Virus record (IMG/VR): IMGVR_UViG_3300046170_000302
Source of the DNA: a virus
Taxonomy: Duplodnaviria > Caudoviricetes
Direction: 5' to 3' (one strand)
Length of the DNA stretch: 64,000 nucleotides
This document shows positions 43,022 through 54,258 of this stretch, piece after piece. Positions within the stretch are counted from its first letter, which is position 1, and each line of letters begins with the position of its first letter. A program made the translations under genes and the position numbers. Under the pieces are notes generated by a model. The model saw only the letters and a list, made by a program, of their open reading frames with translations, was not told where the DNA came from and made no database searches.

Positions 43022-43927
43022 ATGACTAGGGCTAGAGAACTTGCAAAATTAGCTAATTCTTCAATTTTTAGCGTTGACTCCAGCAACAATGTTGGTATCA
43101 ATAGTTTAACTCCTGACGCTAAACTTGATGTTGTTGGTGTCGTCAGTGCCACTCAATACTTTGGTGATGGTTCAAACCTCACTGGTATTGTAGCTGGAGC
43201 TACACTGAACGCCTCAAGTGGAACACAGAGACTTGTAGTCACCAGTCAAACTTCTGGGAGTATGACCCAAGCAGCGACCAACGCTGATATTACATACGCT
43301 ACATCAACTAATACACTGAGTGCCACCACATTCAGTGGAGCATTTTCGGGTAATGTGACAGGTAATGTATCAGGAACTGCTGGAGGATTAACTGGAACAC
43401 CAAGTATTATAGTTCAAGATGTTACAGCTGAAACTGTTTCTGTTGCTGGAACAATCTCATATGAAGATGTAACCAACGTAAACTCTGTTGGTCTTGTCAC
43501 GGCAGGTCTGGGTGTTAGAATTGGTACGGGTGGTACTGTTGGACCCGAGGGTGTTGGTGTTGTCACATACTTCGGTGATGGTTCACAACTGACAGGTATT
43601 GCAGCTGGTATTGGAACAGAATCCTCAACACCATCAAACACAGTAGTTACATTGGATCTTTCTAAACAGGATCATAAACTCAGTGTTACAGGTGTCACAA
43701 CAATCACAGTATCTGGTGGAACAGAAGGAGAAAGTCATACAGTAAGGATTATTAACTCTGCTAGTGGTGTAACAGTAGGATTTTCAACTTACTTCTTATT
43801 CCCATCAGGGTCATCACCGTCATTCCCTTCGGCGAGTGGGGCAATTAGCCTTATGTCATTCACGGTAAATAGGGTAGGAGCAGCAGGAACACAACTCCTG
43901 GCTGGCGCATCACTTAACTTTAGCTGA
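43022..43927 (+). CDS. Short fibre (stalk) protein with a C-terminal docking-like domain
   Basis: MTRARELA start, YEDVTNVNSVG, C-terminal VVTLDLS...FLFPSGS.P...TQLLA...LNFS. Confidence 0.65.
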   Translation: MTRARELAKLANSSIFSVDSSNNVGINSLTPDAKLDVVGVVSATQYFGDGSNLTGIVAGATLNASSGTQRLVVTSQTSGSMTQAATNADITYATSTNTLSATTFSGAFSGNVTGNVSGTAGGLTGTPSIIVQDVTAETVSVAGTISYEDVTNVNSVGLVTAGLGVRIGTGGTVGPEGVGVVTYFGDGSQLTGIAAGIGTESSTPSNTVVTLDLSKQDHKLSVTGVTTITVSGGTEGESHTVRIINSASGVTVGFSTYFLFPSGSSPSFPSASGAISLMSFTVNRVGAAGTQLLAGASLNFS

Positions 43928-46900
43928 GGAGATTAGATAAATGGGAGTATTAATTCCTCAGGTAGTATGTGCTACGGAGTCGGGAGCATCAGGTGCTCAG
44001 GTTATTGATGGTAGTTTGAAGTTTGATAAAAGTAAAACTCAGTTTTTAGAAAAAACATTCAGTAGTGCAGGAAACAGAAAAACTTGGACATGGAGTGGAT
44101 GGTTTAAGCGTGGCACTATTCCAAGTTCAAATAATTTATGGACTGCTTATAATGGTAGTACCAGTGGATTAGACAATTTTGGGCAAATTTATACTGATGC
44201 AGCGGATGGTAGAATTGTCCTTTATCAAGGAGGCGGCGCACAATATAACAGCGAGGCTAGATTTAGAGACCACTCAGGTTGGTATCATATTGTTATATCT
44301 TGTGATGTTACTCAATCTACTTATGCCGATCGATTTAAAATTTATGTTAATGGTGTTCTAAACACTTCATCTAGTGGAACTATCGCTCAAAATACCGATT
44401 TAGCTTTTAATAACAATATTAAACATTACATTGGCACTAGTAACGGTGGTGGTGAACTTTTAGATGGAAATTTAACACAGGTATATTTCATTGATGGACA
44501 AGCACTTGGACCTGAAAGTTTTGGATTTACTGATCCACTCACAAATACTTGGAGACCTAAGAAATATACTGGTAGTGTTAATACACCAGTATCTTTTTCC
44601 AATTTGGCACCAATTTTAAATACAAATTCTGATGGTTCTGCAGTAACAAGTGGAACAAGAACAGATTCCAATAATTCAAATTGGATTTTGGGTCTTGCTA
44701 TGAATACATCTGCAAACATTTATACTGATTTAAGTCCATCTGATGGAGATGCAACAGATTATAGTAATGTAACTGCAAGTACAACTCAAAGCAAATATTA
44801 CGGAACAAGTGCATATTTTAATGGAAGTAATGCAAAATTAATTGTTAATGATAGTAGATTTAATTTCAGTGCCACTAATTTTACAATGGAGACATGGATT
44901 TATGTTCCATCGACTCCATCGGTATCTCAATTAATATTCTGCAGTAGCAATCCCGATTTAATTGGTAGTTCTTCTACTGCTGGGGTTTTAGTTGGATGGA
45001 ATAGTAGCAATCAATTGTTTGTATATGTTGGTTCTGACAATGTTCCATCAATTACTAACAGTGCTGCAACAGCAGTATCTACTGGAAAGTGGCATCATAT
45101 TGCAATTGTTAAAAACGGTGGCACAATAACTCTTTACATTGATGGTAGTGCTTCAGGAACTACTTCATCATCAGTCGGAAATTCTACATCAGGATTTTAT
45201 GTTGCTCATCAACCAGCAAATAATAGATGGCTTCAAGCATATTATCAGGACATTCGTGTATATACAACTGCAAAGTATACATCAAACTTTAGTCTACCAG
45301 CACCTGCAGGTGTAAATGGTTTCTACCTCCCAATGGATGGAAACTCACCAATCGGTCATGACCTATCAAATCCAAATCCAGTCAATAATGGAACTGTTTG
45401 GAGCAGTTCTGTAACAGGTACTCCGTATAACGCTAATCGAGGAGGCCCTACACTTTTTGACGGCGGCGACGATTACGCACAATCTGCTTACCCAGGTGTG
45501 CTTACTTGGACTCCTCCAGGTGGACAAGCATTTTCTACACTTGAACTGGAAGTTTATAGAGATGGATCAAATGCTTTAACTATTGTCCATGCAGGTGGAA
45601 CTACAGACGTTAGTAGTCAAATTTCAAACAGTCAATGGTATAAGTGGACTGTTACTGGGATTACGTCTCCAATAACCAGTATTTCCTGGGCGTCTACTAG
45701 TAACTCTTCGTACATAGCCGCAAGAGCCGTATATATTGATGGTGTAGAATTAATTGATGGCATGTATGGTAATGGTTGGACACCAGTAAACTTTGGTGGT
45801 TCAGTAGCACTTCCTAAAGCAACAGGAGCACTACCAATCCTGAATACTGACGGTGGTGGCAATGTTGCAAGGGTTGGTGTAAGAACTGATGCAAATGCTG
45901 CCAATCTTGTTCTTGCACTTCCACTAGTTGGCAGTAGTGCTGATGTAAGTAATTCAGTTAATAGTGGAAGCACTACAAAGATAATAACTGCTGTTGGTGG
46001 TGCTGCCGCATCAAGTGCTCAAAGTAATTTTTATGGTGGAAGTTTTGTTTATGATGGTAGTGGAGACGCATTAAAATCAACCTCATCAGGATTAACACCA
46101 GGAACATCAGATTTTTGTTGTGAAGGGTGGTTTTACTATAATGCATTACCTAGTTCATCTGCATACAGACTACTTGGAAATGTCAATACAAATGGGAATA
46201 CAACCGATTGGCAATTAATACACGCAACGAATGGAACTTTGACAATATGGAATGGTAGTGGTCATAGTTCACTTGGAGCAGCTCCATTAAAAGCTGGTTG
46301 TTGGAATCATATTGCATATGTTAGGGATGGTGCCACACATAAACTTTATGTAAATGGGGTTCAAATGACTACCACAGTAACAAGAAGTGGTCATGATTTA
46401 ACATTTAATGGACTTGACATTGGTGGTAGAAATGATGGTGCAGAATCTTTTAATGGATACATACAGGATGTTAGGTTCTATATTGGCACTACAAAATACA
46501 CCAGTAACTTTATACCAGCATCAACCTCCCCAGATATTCTTCCAGACACCCCATCAGGTGTGAGTGGTGGTTCTAAACTTGATAAAGTCACTGATGGTGC
46601 TGTTGCTTTTGATGGTAGTGGTGACTATTTGAGTGTTGGAGATAATGCTGATTTTGAACTTGGATCGGGAGATTTTACGATAGAATTTTATGCTTATCCT
46701 AAATCTTTAAGTTCTGATTCTACGGTAATAAGTAAGTACTCAAGTAGTAATAGAAGTTATTTGGTATGGATGAACTCAACAACGGTTTACTTTACATACT
46801 CTACTAACGGAAGTTCAAACGCTGCCAGTCTTTCAGTAACATACTCTGTTCCATTGAATAAGTGGACTCATTTTGCGATGGTTAGAGACGGAAGCACTCT

Positions 46901-49747
46901 CAATATGTTTATTGATGGTACGTTGGTATCGAGTCCATCAATTAGTGGAACTTTATATGATGGTTCCTCTAATCTTCAAATTGGTAGACAAGAGGATGGT
47001 GCTCAATATTATTGGAATGGTTACATTAGTAGTGTAAGACTTGTCAAAGGAACCGCACTATACACTTCTAATTTTACACCGCCAACCAGAGAACTCACTA
47101 ATGTAACCAACACAAAACTACTGTGTTGTCAGTCTAATACTCTTGCTGCTGCTGCTGCGGTTGTTCCAGGTGCTAGTGGTATTAATAATGGAACTGTATG
47201 GAGTTCAAATTTTTCTGGCAATTCACTCCCATACTCAAATTATGCTTATTCAATACCGAAATGCATTTGACGGAAGGTACTTCCACATTTGCGATGATTG
47301 CTGCTAGTAATGGTGATATTTTATCAACAATAGTAACTCTTCCAGGACTTACTTCTGGACATAGTGTAGAATTTTATGCTGAAAAGAATACAAATGCAGG
47401 AAATTTAACATTTAACGGGAGTGTCGTTTCTGGACTAACATCTTCTGCTGGTTGGGTAACTGCTGGAAATGCAAATGGAACATCTGACAACTTTGTCATG
47501 AATCCCAATCCGGGACAATCAACTTCAGATGCTATAAAAATATATGCTGTCAGGGTTAATGGAATTATTCTTGTAGATCTAATTAAAGCAAACGGAAACA
47601 CATTCCGTGGAGCAACCACCTTCAACCCATTCACAACTGATATAAATGCAGTTCGTGGACAAGAGACTGGTTATTGTACGATGAACCCTTTAGACAAAGG
47701 CAGTACCATTGTCTTGTCAAATGGAAACTTAGTTTTTTCCAGAAACAGTGGAGGATGGGCCAACTCTGGCGGTCGTGGAACGTTTGGTGTTTCCAGTGGT
47801 AAATATTATTGGGAATTTGTCAAAAATGATTCCGCAGCTTATACGATATTTGGCGTAGCAGTAAGTGAAGCAAGTTTTTCAGAGGATTATGGAGCACCAA
47901 ACAACGAAACTTGGAGTTATATATCTAACAGTGGAAATAAATTAGGTGACAGTTATGGTGGTGCGGGTGCCTCTTATGGCGCAAGTTTTACCGCTGGCGA
48001 TGCCATTGGTGTTGCTTTAGACGCTGACACAGGAACTTTATCGTTCTATAAAAATGGTGTAAATCAGGGTATAGCTTTTTCTACATTAAGTGGCAAAACT
48101 TTATTTCCTCATATTGCTGTTTATGGTGCTACGGACAGTGCTACTACAAACTTTGGTCAAAAACCCTTCAAGTTCCCACCACCAGCAGGTTTCCAACCAT
48201 TGAACCTTGCCAATATACGTCCAGAGACTGTGATTACACATCCTGATAAGTATGTTGGGGCAACCTTATGGACTGGTAATGATACTGCAAGAACAATATT
48301 AACGGGTAATGCTCCAGATTTTGTTTGGATTAAACAAAGAAACAACAATGGTGCAAACATGTTATTTGATAGTGTTAGAGGTGCAACAAAGCGTCTTGTT
48401 TCTAACCAAAACCTTGCAGAAGGTACTGTGCAAGGTGTGACATCTTTCAATTCAGATGGATTCAACTTGGGGAACGATGCTGATTGTAATTGGGGAGGTA
48501 AAACCACTGTTGGTTGGACTTGGAGAGCTGGTGGAAGCAAAGGCAACTTTAATGTTGATGATGTAGGGTATGAAAATGCCTCTGATGTGGGAATGAATGT
48601 TGGTGGTCAGAATAGTAATGCTTATGATCAAACTCGAACTTGGAGCAATTCAGTAGCCGCTGATGGTGGCAGCACCTTTGTTTCCAACCAAGGCCCAACC
48701 AAGATGTTTAACGGCGTGGCTGGGATGGGCGTCGAAAAGACTGAACTAACAAGTAACGGCAGCGCAACATTCACCTCTCCAGTTCAGCTATCAGGCAATC
48801 TTCGTATGTTTATTGCTTGTGGATCGAGAGGGTCTTCAGCAACCGGAACTTTTGATTTAAAGCTTGACGGAGTTTCTGTTTTTAACAACAGCACATTTCC
48901 CAATAATGCAGGTGCGTGGGTTGATTTTGGCACTAAAACATGGACTACGTTGCAATTTGGTACAGCAACAGGTGGTAACTGGTTGGGAATTTCTGCGATC
49001 GAAGTGGCAGGCAAACTTTTAGTAGATAATGGAGTGTCTGTTACAAATGCCCCATCAATCGCTAATGCTGGCGCATCTGTTGGAACCAAGCAAGGATTTA
49101 GTATTATTAAATTTACAAATACTACTAGTGATTCCACTCAATCTCATGGTCTTACACAAAAACCAGATTTTATCATATGGAAGAAAACATCTGGCACCAG
49201 TCACTGGGGAGTTTATCATTCATCTCTTGGTGCGACAAAAGTTTTGTACTTGAACCTTACTAATGCTGCTTCTACTGGTAGTGAATTTTGGAACAATACT
49301 GAACCCACTAATAGTTTAGTTACAACAAGAGCAGAACCTCATTCCTTTGGTTCTGCTGGAGATACGATTATGTATGTGTGGCACAACGTCCCCGGACTAC
49401 AGAAATTTGGATCCTGTAAAGGTTCGGGAGCATCTGCTGCACCAGATTTCGTTGAATTGGGATTTAAACCATCTATAGTATGGGTGAAGAGAACTGATAA
49501 CACAGGTAATTGGACAGTATGGGATTCTACTAGAAATACATTCAATCCTTCACAAAAACAATTGTTCCCAAATACCAGTGGAACAGAACAAGATTTGTCT
49601 GTTGATGCGATAGACATATTGAGTAACGGATTTGCTATTAGAAGTTCAAGTTCACTCACCCAAACTGGTTCTCAGACTTACATCTACTGTGCATGGGCAG
49701 AAGCACCAACAGTTAACTTGTTTGGAGCCCAATCCAATGCAAGATAA
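43792..49747 (+). repeat. Copy A of a diverged stalk + LamG/SPRY two-gene duplication (copy B 56914-62084)
   Basis: Exact shared boxes, e.g. 44529-60 = 57693-724, 45314-52 = 58130-68, 46537-68 = 59308-39. Confidence 0.8.
43941..49747 (+). CDS. Large LamG/SPRY-domain tail-fibre or receptor-binding protein A (~1930 aa), frameshifted near 47250
   Basis: Repeated LamG motifs (FT.E.W, WHH.A.V, YQDIRVY), SPRY-like (GKYYWEF, IGVALD), ends AWAEAP..NLFGAQSNAR. Confidence 0.75.
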
Positions 49748-49767
49748 ATAACTAAAAAGATATCGCC

Positions 49768-50464
49768 ATGGCTCTTGGTAGACCCTATATCACTAACAAA
49801 TAATGTAGCATCTAAGATCATCAGGCTTCTAGCTACCAACAACCAAACTGTCTTCACAGTTCCAGGTGGGTATCGTATTAACCAGATTGGTGTTTTCAGA
49901 AACGGTGTTAGATTATCTAATAATAGTGATTTCACAGCACTTGATGGTTCAACTGTAACTCTTGTCAATGCTGCACAAACAAATGATGAAGTCCTGTTTG
50001 AAATTCAGGATGATTTTAGAGTAGCTGATGCTATTGTATCAGCAGCTTCCACACAAACAATCAGTGGTGACTTAACTGTTACTGGAACTGTTTATGGTGC
50101 TATTGTTGGAGTTAACTCTGGTGGTATTGCAATTGGTGAAGCTAAAACACTAAACTTCATTGGTAGTGGTAACACCTTCGCACAGAACGGTGATACTATT
50201 GATATCTCCATCTCTGGTGGTAGTGGAGGAGGTGGTCTAGGAACCGCCATCAACTACAGTGATGAAACACCCACACCATTCAGTTACATTGACTCACATG
50301 TAACTGTAACTAGTAACCTACTGATTGATACAGAGAACGCTGGATTAACCACATCCTATGTTGTATCAGTTGTTCCAAATGTTGAAGTTGCTTCTGGTGT
50401 TGCACTTACCGTTGGAACTGGTAAGACTATGATTATTGATATCCTACAGATCGGAGACCTCTGA
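49768..50464 (+). CDS. Short fibre (stalk) protein, frameshifted near 49786
   Basis: ATG 49768 after TAAATAACTAAAAA; removing one C gives MALGRPISLTNNVASK; VFRNGVRL...DFTA.DG. Confidence 0.6.
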
Positions 50465-50769
50465 TGTCAAAAATAATTACAAATAATATCACTCCCCGTA
50501 GTGGTAGTAGTGTAGGACTTACTGGTGACTTAGTAGCCAGTGGAAGTATTACTGGAACTACAGGAACTTTTAGTGGTTCTGTATCAGTTGGTGGCACCAT
50601 CACCTATGAAGATGTAACTAACGTCGATTCAGTCGGTATCATTACTGCTCGTAGTGGTATTGTTGTTACAGGTGTTGTTACCGCTACTAGTTTTGCTGGT
50701 GATGGATCAGCACTTACAGGTGTTGAGAGTTGGAATCAATTTGACACCTGGCTATATGGTGGCGGTTAA
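50464..50769 (+). CDS. Short fibre-like protein
   Basis: ITYEDVTNVDSVG, VTATSFAGDGSALT. Confidence 0.6.
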   Translation: MSKIITNNITPRSGSSVGLTGDLVASGSITGTTGTFSGSVSVGGTITYEDVTNVDSVGIITARSGIVVTGVVTATSFAGDGSALTGVESWNQFDTWLYGGG

Positions 50770-50797
50770 TCTTACTAAATAACTAAAAAGAAAAGTC

Positions 50798-51160
50798 ATG
50801 GCACTGGAAAGGGGAAAACTTACTAATGTGGTACAGGTCGCAGCAGGTGCTACTGTTGCTATGATTACTTGTGCCTCTTCTAAGAAAGTTTATATTAAAT
50901 CAATCATTTGTCATGCATCTGGAACTGGAATAGCAACTGCTACCGCCCAGGTTTATTTTGTTCCTAATGGTGGAAGTGTTTCTTCAACAAATAAAATCTT
51001 TGATGTTGATGTGGTATCAGGAGAAACAGTATTAATCGAACCATCATATCCTCTTGTATTGGATACAACTGGTGATAGTCTGCGAGTTGGAACAGGAAAT
51101 GTTACTGGAATTGCAGCAACTCACGTAAACTTCATCATTACTGGCGATAAGGAGGCTTGA
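50798..51160 (+). CDS. Small adaptor-like virion protein
   Basis: Paralog of 38040..38444. Confidence 0.6.
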   Translation: MALERGKLTNVVQVAAGATVAMITCASSKKVYIKSIICHASGTGIATATAQVYFVPNGGSVSSTNKIFDVDVVSGETVLIEPSYPLVLDTTGDSLRVGTGNVTGIAATHVNFIITGDKEA

Positions 51161-51163
51161 TAC

Positions 51164-52252
51164 ATGGCACCATTTAAGTCATCACTTGCAAGAAGTGCAG
51201 GAAAACTCCTTGGTGTCTTTAGACAAGCAGATTTATCATTAAGAGGTGCTACTCAGATTAGTAGACGGATAGTACTACCTATGACTACTGCTAGTGGTGG
51301 AACTACATATACCATCGGAGATTATAAGTATCATATCTATCAACAACCACAGACTGGAGGAACTCTTAATGTTTCTACTGCTGGTGAAGCAGAGATACTT
51401 GTTTTATCTGGCGGTGGTTCTGGTGCTCCTGACCAAATGGGTGGAGGTGGTGGAGGAGCAATTGTTTTTACAAACAATCCTGTAGATTTAGAAGCAATTA
51501 ATTATTCTATCACCGTTGGTAGTGGCGGTGCATACTCACCATATCCTCAATATGGTGCAGGACAAAGAGGTCAAAATTCTGTATTTGGATCATCTCCACA
51601 AAATATCTATCTAATTGCTTTAGGTGGTGGTGGAGCAAAGAACCCTGTTTCACTTCCTCAATCATACGCAGATAACGCTGGATGTGGTGGAGGGGGTGGT
51701 CCTGGTGTTAATGGATTTCCAGCATCTCAACCTGGTCAATCACAGACAGCACCTACTCCAGTAGTTAGTCAGGGATTTCAGGGAGGAGCACACCCTGGAA
51801 ATGCTGGTACTAACACAAGCGGTTCTGGTGGTGGTGGCGGTGGTGCTGGTACGGTAGGAAGACATGGTGGTCCACCAGCTCCAGCACCAACTAGAGGAGT
51901 TGGTGGTGATGGATACCAAGTTCCATCAGATTTCTTGCCTACAAGTGCTCCAGGTGCTATGGCAACCACTTTGGGTGGAATTCCTACTGGTAATGGTGCT
52001 TGGAGATATTTTGGTGGCGGTGGTGGAGGATCAGATAATAACAACAACGGTGGAACATCAAGAAACTTTGGTGCTCCCGGTGGATTAGGTAATCCTGGTG
52101 GAAGAGGAGCGCAAGACCCTGGACCAGGGGGAGTTGGAGGAAGTCCTGGAACTGCTCATAGGGCAGGTGGAGGTGGTGGTGGATCCACACATAGTGGTAT
52201 TGGTGGTGCCGGTGGGTCTGGAATAGTTATGGTAAGATACAAGTATCAGTAG
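51164..52252 (+). CDS. Glycine-rich adhesin-like protein, single domain
   Basis: EILVLSGGGSG, poly-Gly tracts, GGSGIVMVRY end. Confidence 0.72.
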   Translation: MAPFKSSLARSAGKLLGVFRQADLSLRGATQISRRIVLPMTTASGGTTYTIGDYKYHIYQQPQTGGTLNVSTAGEAEILVLSGGGSGAPDQMGGGGGGAIVFTNNPVDLEAINYSITVGSGGAYSPYPQYGAGQRGQNSVFGSSPQNIYLIALGGGGAKNPVSLPQSYADNAGCGGGGGPGVNGFPASQPGQSQTAPTPVVSQGFQGGAHPGNAGTNTSGSGGGGGGAGTVGRHGGPPAPAPTRGVGGDGYQVPSDFLPTSAPGAMATTLGGIPTGNGAWRYFGGGGGGSDNNNNGGTSRNFGAPGGLGNPGGRGAQDPGPGGVGGSPGTAHRAGGGGGGSTHSGIGGAGGSGIVMVRYKYQ

Positions 52253-52907
52253 TAATATTTTTTTGAAGACCACTTCTAGTAAAATATAAACTATTAAATT
52301 TTGTCGGCAAACAATTAAAGGAAAGAGAAAGTCTTCCCTCTTTGTTTGTTGGCAAATAACTGTGCTTTAAATAAGAAGGCCATAATAAAATAGTTCCATT
52401 AGATACTTCTGTTTGTATTTGTGTATTGTGAAATGCATATCCCAATTTGTTTTCTTCTTGTGATGGATTGTCAACCATGATATTTCCTGTTGAAGAAGAG
52501 TTTTCATAAGGACTATGGAAAACTAAAAAATCTTCACCAACGTCAATAAACAAAGTTCCAGATATGACAGAGTTGCAGTGATTGTGAACGTATTGCCAGG
52601 ATCCTTTTTTAGCATAGTTAAACCATGCATCAGTTACTTCTAGATCTGTGATGTGATTCATCACATTTTTATATACAAAATTTGAATATTTTTTAATCTT
52701 TTCCTTCAACCAGAGTAATCTACGATACTCATCAAAAACTTCTCTATAATGAATGAGAGATTGGCATTCATCATTAATATACTTGCCATTATACTCTTTT
52801 CCTCTTATATTGGAAAAGAAAAAAGATTTTACTTTTTTATTTTCATCTTCAGTAATCTGCATAGATACTACAGGAACTGGAAAAAACGAGGCAACTTGGT
52901 GTTCCAT
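52227..52907 (-). CDS. 2OG-Fe(II) oxygenase (TIGR02466-like), AT-rich, antisense to the cluster
   Basis: DAWFN, HNHCNSVISGTLFI, GTILLWPSYLKH, RLSLSFN. Confidence 0.75.
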   Translation of the reverse strand: MEHQVASFFPVPVVSMQITEDENKKVKSFFFSNIRGKEYNGKYINDECQSLIHYREVFDEYRRLLWLKEKIKKYSNFVYKNVMNHITDLEVTDAWFNYAKKGSWQYVHNHCNSVISGTLFIDVGEDFLVFHSPYENSSSTGNIMVDNPSQEENKLGYAFHNTQIQTEVSNGTILLWPSYLKHSYLPTNKEGRLSLSFNCLPTKFNSLYFTRSGLQKNITTDTCILP

Positions 52908-52934
52908 TCTTAAAATTATTTTCTATATTATATC

Positions 52935-53486
52935 ATGAACTTAAAAAATGATAAAGTTATATCTGTAAAGGAAAAACATAATATATTAATTTGTCAATAT
53001 CCATTTTGGGAATCTCTTAATCCAAAACTTCACGTCCTTATAAAAAATTTTCCAGATGAATATCAAAAAAATACAAATGTAAAAGCAAAAATGACTCACT
53101 ATTGTGTCATAAATCAAGAATTTGAAAAAATTGGAAGATGGGTATATCAAAAATTACCATCTATTTGCCCTCAAGGTTTAAATACAACATCTAAATTTAA
53201 ATTAATAGATATTTGGGGTGCTTTATATAATGAAAATGACTATGCGACTTCTCATCAACATAGACCTTTAGCGTACTCATTTGTTTATTTTGTCAATACT
53301 CCAAAGAATTCTTCTCCTTTAGTATTTAACTCATCAAATACTAAAATAAATCCAGAATCAGGAAAATGTGTTATTTTTCCTTCTTGGTTAGTTCATAGTG
53401 TTCCAAAAAATAAATCTAAAGAAAGAAGTGTGATAGCAGGAAATTTTGCATGGATGTCAGAAGATACCCCATATAGATTTAATTGA
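52935..53486 (+). CDS. 2OG-Fe(II) oxygenase (TIGR02466-like), AT-rich
   Basis: DIWGALY, HQH..AYSFVYFV, GKCVIFPSWLVHSV, RSVIAGN. Confidence 0.78.
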   Translation: MNLKNDKVISVKEKHNILICQYPFWESLNPKLHVLIKNFPDEYQKNTNVKAKMTHYCVINQEFEKIGRWVYQKLPSICPQGLNTTSKFKLIDIWGALYNENDYATSHQHRPLAYSFVYFVNTPKNSSPLVFNSSNTKINPESGKCVIFPSWLVHSVPKNKSKERSVIAGNFAWMSEDTPYRFN

Positions 53487-53570
53487 CATCCCAATAAAAC
53501 TGATATATAGTACAACTGAATACATTATAGGTATATGGCATTCCAAAGCGTTTGGTATTGCATATTTAAG
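53484..53570 (+). pseudogene. Promoter plus truncated 5' fragment of an oxygenase gene, copy of 62099-62161
   Basis: TTGACA 53483-88; aaactgatatata(g/a)tacaactgaatacattata shared; MAFQSVWY vs MAYQSIWY. Confidence 0.55.
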
Positions 53571-53597
53571 TCCAGCATAAATAACTAAAAACACATT

Positions 53598-53816
53598 ATG
53601 TCTAGAATACAAGTAGACAACATTTTTGATAAAGAAGGAGCAGGAGCTCCTACCTTTCCTGCTGGTGTAGTAGTAACAGGTGTTTCTACTGCTACTACAT
53701 TTGACGGTAATGCAACAACTGCTAGTGCTGCTAAATCTGGTAGTTCATTAGAAACATCAATCAACGGCAAAACATCACCAGGTAAGGCTATTGCTTTGTC
53801 TATGGTGTTCGGCTGA
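53598..53816 (+). CDS. Short fibre-like (stalk) protein
   Basis: MSRIQVDNI...GAPTFPAG, after TAAATAACTAAAAA. Confidence 0.55.
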   Translation: MSRIQVDNIFDKEGAGAPTFPAGVVVTGVSTATTFDGNATTASAAKSGSSLETSINGKTSPGKAIALSMVFG

Positions 53817-53844
53817 TAAATAGACAAAAGAGGTATTGTAGGTA

Positions 53845-54246
53845 ATGGCTGCTCCAAATATAGTAAACGTTACAACTATCACAGGGGTAACCACTTTTCA
53901 TGCTGGTATCGCTGTAACCACTGGAGGAAGAGGTTCTCTAGGTATCACGACTGTGGTGTCAAATGCCGCATCAAGTGGTAAGGTATTAAAGATTAATTCA
54001 CTGGTTGCAGCAGGTATAGCAGCAACCACTGGAGTTACTCTTCAGTATTTTAACAATATTAATCATGTATCTGCGAGTAGTACAGTATCAATTGGTATGA
54101 CATTATCAGTACCAACATTCTCCACACTTGCACTCATTACCAAAGACAACTCAGTGTATCTGGAAGAAAATACTTCACTTGGTATTTTTGCACAACCAGC
54201 AACAGGAACTATTGACGTAGTTTGTTCATACGAAGAAATTAGTTAA
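53845..54246 (+). CDS. Small adaptor-like virion protein
   Basis: MAAPNIVNV..ITG, GKVLKINSL, K...VYLEE, IDVVCSYEEIS. Confidence 0.6.
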   Translation: MAAPNIVNVTTITGVTTFHAGIAVTTGGRGSLGITTVVSNAASSGKVLKINSLVAAGIAATTGVTLQYFNNINHVSASSTVSIGMTLSVPTFSTLALITKDNSVYLEENTSLGIFAQPATGTIDVVCSYEEIS

Positions 54247-54258
54247 GGAGGATAAACC

